Assembly (NCBI GenBank): GCA_017627765.1
Contig: JAGAGD010000095.1
Span: forward strand, 252 to 64,251
DNA from: Prevotella sp.
Lineage (GTDB): Bacteria; Bacteroidota; Bacteroidia; Bacteroidales; Bacteroidaceae
Length of the DNA stretch: 64,000 nt
Direction of reading: 5' to 3'
The position numbers were made by a program, and so were the translations under genes. The notes below the pieces were generated by a model. The model did no database searches, was not told the origin of the DNA, and saw nothing but the letters and a program-made list of their open reading frames with translations. This document shows positions 18,271 through 27,917 of the stretch, one piece after another; positions within the stretch are counted from its first letter, which is position 1; each line of letters opens with the position of its first letter.

Positions 18271-19431
18271 ATGAAAAAGATTTTATTTGCTATGGCTGCG
18301 GCTGTTGTGATGATGGCTGTGGCAGCCTGCGGCGGTAAGGGCGACAAGACTACTGCTGCCAGCGGCAAGGAAGGCAGTGCAACAGACAGTGCTGCGGTAA
18401 TCAAGACTAAGTATGCTAAGGGATTTACGGTACGCTACACTGAAGATGGCGTGCGTCTGGTTGACGTGGCTGACCCGCAGAAGGATAAGGACAAGATGCC
18501 AGCAACCTATCATTTCGCTCTTGTTGACAAGGGGTCTATGGCTATCATTCCAGAAGGCTATCAGAAGATTGAAGTACCAATAGAACGAACTATTGTTATG
18601 ACTATGTTGCAGCTGTCTAACTTCACTGCGCTCGACGCCATTGACGTGGTGAAGGGCATCACTGGCACTAAGAATCTTTTCAGCAAAGACATAAAGAAGC
18701 GCGTGAGCAACGGCGACATCGTGAAGATTGGCAAGGAGGGCAACTTCGACACCGAACTGATTATGGCTGCTCATCCTGACGTTATCTTCATTTCTCCGTT
18801 TAAGCGCGGCGGCTACGATGCCATAAAGGAGACTGGCATCACGCTGATTCCACACTTGGGATATAAGGAACTTGACCCTCTGGGACAGGCAGAATGGATG
18901 AAGTATATTGCCATGTTCGTAGGCAAGGAGGCAGAAGCCAACAAGAAGTTTGACGAGATAGAGAAGAACTATCTTGAACTGAAGGAGAAGGTGGCAAAGA
19001 CGAAGGATCGTCCCACGGTGTTCAGCGGCGAGATGCATGGCGGCAACTGGTTTGCCGTAGGCGGAAAGAACTATCTTGCACAGATTTTCCGCGATGCTGG
19101 AGCCGAGTATGTGCTGAAAGACAACAACACTGGCGGTGTGCCAATAGAATATGAGAAGATGTATGCAACGGCAGCCAATGCTGACTACTGGCGCATACTG
19201 AATAGTTTTCCAGGCACATTCACTTACGAGGCGCTGAAGTCGGCAGAACCTCGCAATGCATTGTTCAAGGCTTTCAAGAATCGTCATGTTATTTACTGCA
19301 ACATGAAGAATACTCCTTACTATGAGCTGTCACCCGTTCAGCCCGACATTGTGCTGGCAGACTTTGTTGCAATATTCCATCCTGAGCTGATGCCAAAAGA
19401 CTATAAGCCGACATTCTATAAGTTGTTGTAA
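18271..19431 (+). CDS. Iron/cobalamin ABC transporter substrate-binding lipoprotein (BtuF-like)
   Basis: Lipoprotein signal (VAAC), ELDPLGQAEWMK motif, periplasmic binding protein type 2 features. Start at ATG 18271 after the promoter TAACTTTG (18218-25). Confidence 0.85.
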   Translation: MKKILFAMAAAVVMMAVAACGGKGDKTTAASGKEGSATDSAAVIKTKYAKGFTVRYTEDGVRLVDVADPQKDKDKMPATYHFALVDKGSMAIIPEGYQKIEVPIERTIVMTMLQLSNFTALDAIDVVKGITGTKNLFSKDIKKRVSNGDIVKIGKEGNFDTELIMAAHPDVIFISPFKRGGYDAIKETGITLIPHLGYKELDPLGQAEWMKYIAMFVGKEAEANKKFDEIEKNYLELKEKVAKTKDRPTVFSGEMHGGNWFAVGGKNYLAQIFRDAGAEYVLKDNNTGGVPIEYEKMYATAANADYWRILNSFPGTFTYEALKSAEPRNALFKAFKNRHVIYCNMKNTPYYELSPVQPDIVLADFVAIFHPELMPKDYKPTFYKLL

Positions 19432-19458
19432 AGAATCTAAGGTCATAACCTCACACAC

Positions 19459-20526
19459 ATGTTTCCCAACAAGCCCATAAGTTCGCAAGCCTACCAGATA
19501 ATCAACTGGAAGATGCTGATGCTGGTGCTGTCTATCGTAATACTGTTTGTTGTAAACCTGCTGCTTGGAACAGTTAAGATTCCTTTCAGCAGTGTATGCA
19601 GAATACTGGCAGGCAGCAGCCATGAGTCTGAGATATGGTATAACATTATATGGAGTTCGCGCGTACCACAGTCGCTGACGGCTCTTGTGGCAGGTGCTGC
19701 TCTTGCCGTAAGCGGTTTGCAGATGCAGACGGTATTCCGCAATCCCCTTGCAGGTCCTTCGGTGCTCGGTATATCCAACGGTGCAGCACTTGGTGTTGCT
19801 TTCATCGTCTTGTTGTCTGGTTCATTAGGAGGCGTAACCCTGAGCAAACTCGGATATATAGGCGATGCAGCCATATCAATAGCCGCAGTAGTCGGTTCGC
19901 TTGCCGTCATGTCGCTAATAGTTTTTGTTTCTCAGCGCGTGAAAGGCAACGTGACTCTGCTCATCATAGGTGTAATGATTGGCTATATAGCAAATGCTAT
20001 AATCGGAGTGCTGAAGTTCTTCTCTGCCGAAGAAGACATAAAGGCATACGTCGTCTGGGGACTTGGCACCTTCTCGCGAGTGTCTGGCGACCAGATGGTT
20101 TTGTTTTGTGTCATTACTATCCTGCTGCTACTGCTTAGCATGCTGTTAGTTAAGACAATGAATCTGCTGCTGCTTGGCGACGGCTACGCACGCAATCTCG
20201 GTCTTAACATTCGTCGCGCTCGCCTACTCGTGATAGCCAGTTCGGGAGTACTCGTAGCCGTAGTAACAGCCTATTGCGGTCCGATAATGTTCATCGGCTT
20301 GGCTGTTCCTCATCTTGCACGAGCACTATTCCGCACCAGCGACCATCGCATACTGATGCCTTCCACCTTGTTTCTTGGCGGACTGCTTGCTCTTGTCTGC
20401 AATCTTATAGCCCGAATGCCAGGCTTTGAGGGTGCGCTCCCTGTCAATTCAGTAACCGCATTAGTTGGCGCGCCAGTCATTGCTTCGGTACTTTTCCGCC
20501 GCCGCAAAGACGAATTGCAAGAGTAA
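19459..20526 (+). CDS. btuC: FecCD/BtuC-family ABC permease
   Basis: MQTVFRNPLAGPSVLGIS and GPIMFIGLAVPHLAR motifs. Confidence 0.85.
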   Translation: MFPNKPISSQAYQIINWKMLMLVLSIVILFVVNLLLGTVKIPFSSVCRILAGSSHESEIWYNIIWSSRVPQSLTALVAGAALAVSGLQMQTVFRNPLAGPSVLGISNGAALGVAFIVLLSGSLGGVTLSKLGYIGDAAISIAAVVGSLAVMSLIVFVSQRVKGNVTLLIIGVMIGYIANAIIGVLKFFSAEEDIKAYVVWGLGTFSRVSGDQMVLFCVITILLLLLSMLLVKTMNLLLLGDGYARNLGLNIRRARLLVIASSGVLVAVVTAYCGPIMFIGLAVPHLARALFRTSDHRILMPSTLFLGGLLALVCNLIARMPGFEGALPVNSVTALVGAPVIASVLFRRRKDELQE

Positions 20527-20554
20527 AAATAAAGGAATACAGTTAAGGTTAAAG

Positions 20555-22333
20555 TTAAACATATTCATAAATCCTACCATTATCATCAATAAGTAGGATG
20601 GTAAGAATGCCTGAAGGCAACAAAGGTTTGCAATGGGCAATGCAGTGTCTAATCATAACATTGCAGAACGCCTGAATGCTTTCTTCTGGTATAATGTCCC
20701 ACAGTTCGCGGGCAAGCGTCATCTTCTCAGCACGTTCCAGCGTAGCGTCATCACACCCTGCCTCTCGCAGCATAGCAGAAATAAAGTCCTTATCCATCGT
20801 TACTTTCCTGCTATGTGTATCAAGATTGCCAGCCGCAAGTTTCACAGCCTTGCCCATCATCACGCCAAGAGTAACATGACTTATCTGCAAGTCGTCGGCA
20901 ATCTTGAGAGTTTCGCCAATGTAGTTGCCATACTCTACGAAAGCCTGCAACGGCAATTCTGGGTGCAAAGCCTTGACAAAACGCTCGCTCTTTGCACCGC
21001 TATTTATTACAACATGATTGGGACTGCCAGCCTTTGCCACTTCCATGCAACGGCGAATAGAGTCGACAAACGCTTCCTCTGAGAATGGTTTTATTATTCC
21101 ACTGACACCAACAATGCTTATTCCTCCTTCTATTCCAAGTCGCGGATTGAATGTCTTGCGGGCTATTTCCTCACCATTAGGAACAGATATAGTTACGGCA
21201 AGATGACCTTTAAAGTCTGGCACTCTGCCGACAAGCAGCGACAGGTTTTCTTCTATCATCTTTCTCGGCACTCGGTTGATAGCGGGTTCTCCTGGTGGAA
21301 AATCGAAACCTGGCAGTGTTATTGTGCCAACTCCCTTTCCTCCCTTTATCATGAAACGGTCAGACAGTTCAATCTGTCCGCGTATCTCAATTCCATTCGT
21401 AACATCAGGGTCGTCGCCACTTACCTTGATAGTATAGGCATAGTTGTCAGTATAGGCAACAGCAACGGGTATGGTTTCCCCATTAGGCAGCCTGACAGGC
21501 ACTTCAGAAGGAGTCTCGCCCAGCAGTTTATGAGTAGCATCTGCCAGAGAAGCAGCCGTAGCATAAGTGCCAGTAGTCAGTCCACTGCGCAGAGGAAAAA
21601 AGTCGGGCAGCAGTTCTTCTACAACCCTTCGCAAACCATGTTCGCCATTAACACATCGGAATATCGGAGGAGTGGCGGGGCGGCGCAGTGCTATTATATT
21701 CAAGCCAAGACTGCGGGCAGCCTCAACTTTCTTCAGAAAACCTCCTGTCATTCCACTTTCTTTCAGCAACAAGGCATCAACACCAAGCCTGCTCATCAGC
21801 TCTTTCTCGTCTTCGTCGTCGCTATAGTAACACAGTTGGTCGTCGGTTGCACCGTTGCGATGGGCAAGCCTTATGGAACTCTCACGCGGCAGGATGCGAT
21901 AGAACACTTTCACACCTCGTTCTTCGAGATATTTCAGACGCGAAATGGTTTGCACTCCTGTAGTTGCAAGCAAAGTATTTATTCCACGAGGAATGTCGGT
22001 GAAGTCGTCAATCCAAGTAATATCCGAATCTCTTTCTGGGAAGATGCGTTCAAAGCGTATTGCGTCTAAACTGAGTCTTTCAGCAACAGCCGCCACAGTC
22101 TGGTGCAACTGTTTTGCGAAAGGATGAGCAGCATCAACAATGATACGAATACCATTATCAATGCAGAAGTCTGCCATAGACTGCTCATCAAGAGCACCAT
22201 CTATGCGCACCCCATGCTGCAAGGCTATATCCTGTTCGCCCGTCTTAGTGGAATAGTAGAAACATTTTCCTGCCTCTTCCAACTCTTTTGCAGCCTTCCT
22301 TCCTTCTGTTGTACCTCCAAATAAGAGAATCAT
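20555..22333 (-). CDS. cbiJD: CbiJ (precorrin-6x reductase)-CbiD fusion
   Basis: N-terminal FGGTTEG and VDAAHPFA (CbiJ/CobK). C-terminal LRSGLTTGT, GDDPDVT and NPRLGIEGGISIVG (CbiD). Confidence 0.92.
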   Translation of the reverse strand: MILLFGGTTEGRKAAKELEEAGKCFYYSTKTGEQDIALQHGVRIDGALDEQSMADFCIDNGIRIIVDAAHPFAKQLHQTVAAVAERLSLDAIRFERIFPERDSDITWIDDFTDIPRGINTLLATTGVQTISRLKYLEERGVKVFYRILPRESSIRLAHRNGATDDQLCYYSDDEDEKELMSRLGVDALLLKESGMTGGFLKKVEAARSLGLNIIALRRPATPPIFRCVNGEHGLRRVVEELLPDFFPLRSGLTTGTYATAASLADATHKLLGETPSEVPVRLPNGETIPVAVAYTDNYAYTIKVSGDDPDVTNGIEIRGQIELSDRFMIKGGKGVGTITLPGFDFPPGEPAINRVPRKMIEENLSLLVGRVPDFKGHLAVTISVPNGEEIARKTFNPRLGIEGGISIVGVSGIIKPFSEEAFVDSIRRCMEVAKAGSPNHVVINSGAKSERFVKALHPELPLQAFVEYGNYIGETLKIADDLQISHVTLGVMMGKAVKLAAGNLDTHSRKVTMDKDFISAMLREAGCDDATLERAEKMTLARELWDIIPEESIQAFCNVMIRHCIAHCKPLLPSGILTILLIDDNGRIYEYV

Positions 22334-22415
22334 ATTAAAAACAAGACTTTAACGTTAACGGAAACGGGAACCTTAACGGGAACCCGTCTACTTGTCTACT
22401 CGTCTACTAATCGAA

Positions 22416-24185
22416 CTATTCCGTTGCTTTACGGAAAAGATGAGTGAAATGTTTTGAATAAAGTTCAGATAGTCCTTTTCTGTTGTCTATCGCCTCACCA
22501 ACAACAATCATTGTTGTGAGCGTGAGGTTGTTTTCATGAACAATCTTTGCAAGGTCTTTCAACACTCCACGATAGATGTGCTGGTCGGGCCATGTCAGAT
22601 GATAACATGCTGCAACAGGAGTATCTTCGGGATATTCAGTAAGCAGTTGTTGCTGAACATCGTCAACAATAGAAGCACTAAGGAAGATACACATAGTGCT
22701 CTGACTGCGCGCAAGCAAGTGCAACTTTTCTTTTTCAGGCATTGGAGTCCTACCCTCTCCACGTGTCAGGATGATAGTCTGGCAGCGCTCTGGTATAGTA
22801 AACTGCGAGCGCAGTTCGGCTGCCGCAGCAAGGAACGACGATATGCCTGGCGTTATGTGATAACTCATCTTGTGCTCATCGAAGAAAGCCATCTGCTCTT
22901 GTATTGCTCCGAAGATACATGGGTCGCCAGTATGAAGACGAACAATCAGCTCGCCTCTGTCGTAGAACTCTTTCATCAGTTCACATTGCTCCTCAAGAGC
23001 CATCGAAGCAGACGAGCGTACTGTTGCTCCTTGTTTTGCACAAAGAGTTAATTCACGAGGAACAAGACTGCCAGCATAAAGTATGAGGTCGGCTTCTTCC
23101 AGCAATCTTCTTCCACGAACAGAAACCAAATCAGGGTCGCCAGGTCCTGCTCCTACAATTTCTATATGTCCGCTGTTTCTTCTTAGATAACGCTCTGGAA
23201 TAGAAACAGCCACGGTGAAATTCTTGCCTTTTTGCTTTGGCATAACCATCTTTCCACCATCGGAAGCCAAAAGCGAGGCTGCCTCTGATACGCTGCTTGT
23301 TCCAACATGCTTGGCTACAACATCACTTGGAGTTGGAACTTCTACGCCATCAAGTTCTTCGGCTCTGAAGAACTCAACTTCGCAACCTTTTTCCTGCAAA
23401 TATTTTATGTATGGTTCGTCTGCCTTTATGTCTATTGTTGCATAGGTTTTGGCACATGGGTAGAGTCCTTGCTCCTCAAACTTCTTGCTAATCTCTGCAT
23501 CAATCTCGTCAATAGGCTGAGCCTGATGTGCAAGTCCAATACCAACACAAGCAACATGAGGAACAAACTGCAACACTTTCATTCCTTTTGGATAATCGTG
23601 ACGGAATGGCGAAACAACAATTAAAAGTGAGTATTTCGCAGCATCAACGTCATTGAGAGAATCAACAAGTGTTACATGTTGCGGCATAGACCTTTGCAAG
23701 AAGCGTGTACCGTCATCGCAAGTTTCTATCAGAAGAGCTGTAGGCTGCTGATTGACAAAAGCAAAGATGCAGTCGTTCATTGACGAGCTTACAACCTCAT
23801 CCCATCCATATCGCTTAGCAAGCAGGTCGAGTGCCCACAGTTGCTGATTATCACTTTGAGTTGTAATAACAGGCATTGCGCCAAGAACCGAAGCGACATT
23901 CTTTGCCAACTCGTTTGCACCACCTACATGGCCAGACAATACAGAGACTACGTTTTGACCTAATGAGTCTACGCATACAACGGCTGGGTCGGTATGCTTA
24001 TCGTCGATGTATGGAGCAATAGTGCGCACGCAGATGCCCATTGCACCGATAAAGATAAACGCATCGGTTTCTTTCCATAGCTTGCCAACATCATTGCGTG
24101 TTATTATTTTGCCTTTCAGTTCGCGTCTTAGCAATTCTGCTTTCTCTTCTGCTATTCCAGTTATTGGTATTATTGATATATTCAT
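22416..24185 (-). CDS. cbiGF: CbiG-CbiF (precorrin-4 C11-methyltransferase) fusion
   Basis: N-terminal GICVRTIAP..DKHTDPAV..SGHVGGAN (CbiG). C-terminal GAGPGDPDL, YAGSLV and RLHTGDP (CbiF/CobM). Confidence 0.92.
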   Translation of the reverse strand: MNISIIPITGIAEEKAELLRRELKGKIITRNDVGKLWKETDAFIFIGAMGICVRTIAPYIDDKHTDPAVVCVDSLGQNVVSVLSGHVGGANELAKNVASVLGAMPVITTQSDNQQLWALDLLAKRYGWDEVVSSSMNDCIFAFVNQQPTALLIETCDDGTRFLQRSMPQHVTLVDSLNDVDAAKYSLLIVVSPFRHDYPKGMKVLQFVPHVACVGIGLAHQAQPIDEIDAEISKKFEEQGLYPCAKTYATIDIKADEPYIKYLQEKGCEVEFFRAEELDGVEVPTPSDVVAKHVGTSSVSEAASLLASDGGKMVMPKQKGKNFTVAVSIPERYLRRNSGHIEIVGAGPGDPDLVSVRGRRLLEEADLILYAGSLVPRELTLCAKQGATVRSSASMALEEQCELMKEFYDRGELIVRLHTGDPCIFGAIQEQMAFFDEHKMSYHITPGISSFLAAAAELRSQFTIPERCQTIILTRGEGRTPMPEKEKLHLLARSQSTMCIFLSASIVDDVQQQLLTEYPEDTPVAACYHLTWPDQHIYRGVLKDLAKIVHENNLTLTTMIVVGEAIDNRKGLSELYSKHFTHLFRKATE

Positions 24186-24225
24186 TTTTTTGAGGAGTTA
24201 TAGAGTTATGAGGTATGGGTTATAT

Positions 24226-25434
24226 TCATTTTACTGCCTTCATTATTTCTATTGGATGATAATCGTTGACAGCTATTCGCAATGGTTCTTTTTCCTTCAG
24301 TTTACACAATCTGCAAGCCTCATGGAAGAGTTGTTTGCTCTCAGCAGTAACACTGTTCATCACTATTATGCCACCTTTTTCCAACAACGGAGCGACCTTT
24401 TGGAATATCTCTATCAACTTGCCGCCATGTCCACCTATGAAGACTGCATCGGGCTTAGGCAACGCAGAAATATCTTCTTTCAGGAAATCACCTATGTGAC
24501 TGCTAATGCCTGGTGCTCCAAAACGGTGTGTGTTTATGCCTATAAGACTGCGACCTTCCTCGCGAATCTCAAACGACTCAATAAGAAGATGAGGGAACTG
24601 CAGGCGCGCTTCAATAGAAACGCTGCCCGTACAGAAACCAATATCCCATAGCACCTGACGGGAATACAGTTCGAGAGCCTGCAAAGACAACAAACGTATA
24701 GACATCTTTGTAATCATCTTGTCACGACCATTGAGCAGTTCAAACTCACTGTCGGGCAAGCCAAGACGACGAGGCGGTAGTTTTTCTTCTGCTTTAAGTA
24801 TCAAGCAGTTGGGATGACTAAACTCTGTTTGTGCAGCCTCTTCAAGTGTCATTGTAGAGACTTTTTCTTCAGAACGGTTGCCAAGATGCTCGCCAACGGA
24901 AATGACATACTTGTCGTAACCATATTCAAGCATTCGCTTTGCAATGACACTCGGAGTATGAACCCTGTCGGTTAGCACACCTAACTTCTCTGCATGTTCT
25001 ATAAGTGCACGGTCAAACTCATGCCAGTCACGCCCTGTGAGCGAAACGATGCGCATGTCATGATAAGGCATTACCAGTCTATGTGCCAATGTCTGCAAAG
25101 AGTTGAACGACGGATAGAGACTTATTTCCGCATCGGGCAGTTCGCGCTTCACTGTGTTAGCAAACCCAAAGAAAAGAGGGTCGCCAGATGCTACTACAAC
25201 GATTGCTTCATCAGGTCTGTCTTCAAAATGACGACGATAATCATTAAAGACTCTTTCAAGCGGAACAGTTATGTCTATCCACTCATTTTCTTCAGGCAAG
25301 TAAGGCTTCATAATCTCATGATGCCGCTTACCGCCAGAAAACACCCTGCCCCTGCTTATTATCTCAACTACTTCATTAGAGAGTTGAGGCTGAGCCTCGT
25401 CTGTTATTCCTATTATTATGAATTTCACTTTCAA
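24226..25434 (-). CDS. cbiET: Bifunctional precorrin-6Y C5,15-methyltransferase
   Basis: ASGDPLFFG (CbiE); LWDIGFCTGSVSIE and DAVFIGG (CbiT). Confidence 0.92.
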   Translation of the reverse strand: MKVKFIIIGITDEAQPQLSNEVVEIISRGRVFSGGKRHHEIMKPYLPEENEWIDITVPLERVFNDYRRHFEDRPDEAIVVVASGDPLFFGFANTVKRELPDAEISLYPSFNSLQTLAHRLVMPYHDMRIVSLTGRDWHEFDRALIEHAEKLGVLTDRVHTPSVIAKRMLEYGYDKYVISVGEHLGNRSEEKVSTMTLEEAAQTEFSHPNCLILKAEEKLPPRRLGLPDSEFELLNGRDKMITKMSIRLLSLQALELYSRQVLWDIGFCTGSVSIEARLQFPHLLIESFEIREEGRSLIGINTHRFGAPGISSHIGDFLKEDISALPKPDAVFIGGHGGKLIEIFQKVAPLLEKGGIIVMNSVTAESKQLFHEACRLCKLKEKEPLRIAVNDYHPIEIMKAVK

Positions 25435-25467
25435 AAACTTTCTATAGTCATTAGTCTATTACCATTC

Positions 25468-26868
25468 CTACAAGTCGCGGCCTGGTTTCAGTTGCTCGGC
25501 ATCGTCGAAACAGAGTATTGAGTTGCACAGAGTTGCAGCAAGATTGCTACCGCCCTTACGTCCTTCAACAATAATCTTAGGTATGTCGGTGAAAGGTTTC
25601 ACCATGTGTTTAGACTCACGGACATGCACAAAGCCAACTGGTGCAGCAATGATTCCTGCGGGATGTGCCTTGCCTTTGCGAATGAGGTCACACAGTTCCA
25701 TAAGTGCCGTAGGTGCATTTCCGAAAGCAAACAGAGCATCGGGATGTTCCTCAACAGCAAGACGGATGCCAGCCTGAGTGCGTGTGATGCCAAGCGACGA
25801 AGCCATCTCTGCAACTCGCTCGTCGCCAAGATAGCATTTAGCCTCAACACCCAGACGGGCTAATGCTCCCTTGCGTATACCGCTTGTAACCATAGTTACG
25901 TCAGACACTATTGTCTTCAGTTCACCATCAGCCACCTTCTGATATAGTCTGCTTACGGCATTATCGTCGGCAACGAGAATATTCTCCATGTCGAAGTCTG
26001 CCGTTGTATGTATGGCATGCAGCAAAGCCCACTTCTTGTCGAGCGGAATATCGCGGTTTTTCAGTTCGCTTTCTATTGTTCGGAAAGACTCTATCATTAT
26101 CTGTCTGCCTTTCTTCTCTTCGCTGTCCTGCTGTTCACGATAGTATCCGCGAGGTGTTATAAACTTATCTCCAGCAACATACGACTGTGAGTTACCGATG
26201 ATAAGCACTGTGAACATATCTACTTCTTCAAGATTTATACTGCCAAGTGTGGCTATCTTTACTGTCTGATCATGTCTACCAGCCTGGCGAACAATTCCTA
26301 CAGGAGTATCGGCAGAGCGTTCTTTCAGGAAAAGTTCACGCAATCTGTATATCTGCCAGTATCTTCCGTTTGACTTAGGGTTATAGATAGCTGTAACGAA
26401 ATCGCCGTAGGCAGCCGCCTTAATCCTTCTTTCTATTATATCCCAAGATGTCATAAGGTCAGACAAAGAGATGATGCAGAGGTCGTGACCTATTGGTGCG
26501 CCAAGTAGTGATGCCGCCTTCTGAAAAGCGGAAATGCCTGGAAGCACAGAAATCTCTACATCTTCGCCTCGCTGCTCTTTCATCTCAAACACAAGCGGAG
26601 CCATGCCATATATGCCTGCATCGCCAGAGGAAATAACCACTACCGTGCGACCTTCAACAGCCATATCGAAAGCCTGCTCTGCACGCTGACGCTCGCGCTT
26701 CATTCCCGTATCAATACATTCGCAACCCTCTTTCAGGTATGGTTTGATAAACTGGAAATAGTATTTGTATCCGACAACAACATCTGCCGTTGCAACAGCA
26801 TCAATCACAGCAGGTGTTATGTCCTCCTTGCTACCTGGTCCGATACCAGCAATAATTATTTTCTTCAT
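25468..26868 (-). CDS. cbiHC: CbiH (precorrin-3B C17-methyltransferase)-CbiC fusion
   Basis: GIGPG, SSGDAGIYGM, LGAPIGHD and TPRGY (CbiH); IHTTADF, GNAPTAL and GRKGGS (CbiC). Start set at MKKIIIAG (26868). Confidence 0.92.
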   Translation of the reverse strand: MKKIIIAGIGPGSKEDITPAVIDAVATADVVVGYKYYFQFIKPYLKEGCECIDTGMKRERQRAEQAFDMAVEGRTVVVISSGDAGIYGMAPLVFEMKEQRGEDVEISVLPGISAFQKAASLLGAPIGHDLCIISLSDLMTSWDIIERRIKAAAYGDFVTAIYNPKSNGRYWQIYRLRELFLKERSADTPVGIVRQAGRHDQTVKIATLGSINLEEVDMFTVLIIGNSQSYVAGDKFITPRGYYREQQDSEEKKGRQIMIESFRTIESELKNRDIPLDKKWALLHAIHTTADFDMENILVADDNAVSRLYQKVADGELKTIVSDVTMVTSGIRKGALARLGVEAKCYLGDERVAEMASSLGITRTQAGIRLAVEEHPDALFAFGNAPTALMELCDLIRKGKAHPAGIIAAPVGFVHVRESKHMVKPFTDIPKIIVEGRKGGSNLAATLCNSILCFDDAEQLKPGRDL

Positions 26869-26946
26869 ATCTTTTTTACTTGTTTTCTTCTTATTTGTAG
26901 CGACAGTAAAGACCATGATTGCCAATATTGCAATCCTTTATCCTAT

Positions 26947-27831
26947 TTATTTTATTAAGAGAAACGCCACCGACAATGCCACCATCAGCACTTCTGCCAT
27001 GCGGTTTATTCTTATCGAGACCTTCATATCGGCTGTTGTGAGCGGGCGTTCATTCTCTCCTATATATGGTTTGTCGAAAATCTCTCCGAAATAATAATGT
27101 GGTCCGCCGAAGCGACAGTTCAATATGCCTGCAAGTGCTGCCTCTGGATAACCGCTATTAGGACTGGCATGGCGGCTACCATACTTGCATACAAAGCCGA
27201 ACAACGACATCTTGCCTGAAGCAATAACCATCAGTGCTGCTGTAAGTCGGGCTGGAATATAGTTGGCAACGTCGTCTATTCGCGCTGCAAAACATCCGAA
27301 GTCGCGGTAGCGTTCTGTCCTATAGCCAATCATAGAGTCGAGTGTATTTATCATCTTATAAGCCAACATGCCAGGAATGCCGAGCAGGGCATACCAGAAT
27401 AACGGTGCAATGACTCCATCGCTTAGGTTTTCTGCCAAAGTCTCTAAGGCTGCTGTGCGCACTTCCTGTGCTGATAGTTCCGAAGTGTCTCTGCCTACGA
27501 TGCGTGCCACCTGCGTGCGTCCTTCGTCTAAAGACCTGTCAACGGCTATGAACACCTGACGTACCTCGCGAATGAGTGTTGTTCCTGCAAGGCAGAAGAA
27601 TACGACAATAAAGCCGAGCCAGTCTGGTATAATCATGCCTATGGCTGCAACCAACAGGATTAAGCCTACAGCCACAACAGCTCCTTTCATCTTGCGATGT
27701 TTCCCGTTGTTTAGCCTATGCTCGCAGAAGGAAATCATCTTGCCGAAAGCAACGATTGGATGTGGAAGCCCTGAAGGGTCTCCAAAAACTAAATCCATCA
27801 GCCAACCTATTATCAATGAGAGTGAAAGCAT
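26947..27831 (-). CDS. cbiB: Adenosylcobinamide-phosphate synthase
   Basis: GDP..HP, IVGRDT, ENLSDGVIAP, NTLDSMIGY and SPNSG motifs. Confidence 0.93.
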   Translation of the reverse strand: MLSLSLIIGWLMDLVFGDPSGLPHPIVAFGKMISFCEHRLNNGKHRKMKGAVVAVGLILLVAAIGMIIPDWLGFIVVFFCLAGTTLIREVRQVFIAVDRSLDEGRTQVARIVGRDTSELSAQEVRTAALETLAENLSDGVIAPLFWYALLGIPGMLAYKMINTLDSMIGYRTERYRDFGCFAARIDDVANYIPARLTAALMVIASGKMSLFGFVCKYGSRHASPNSGYPEAALAGILNCRFGGPHYYFGEIFDKPYIGENERPLTTADMKVSIRINRMAEVLMVALSVAFLLIK

Positions 27832-27917
27832 TTTGTGAGTTATGAGTTATGAGTGGTGAGTTATAAATTATGAGTTATAAGTTCCCGTTAACGTTCCCGT
27901 TCCCATTCCCGTTAAAA

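Noticed and set aside
20555-26868. cbiJD, cbiGF, cbiET and cbiHC fusions as a novelty
   Set aside because: These fusions are the usual arrangement in B12-producing Bacteroidetes.
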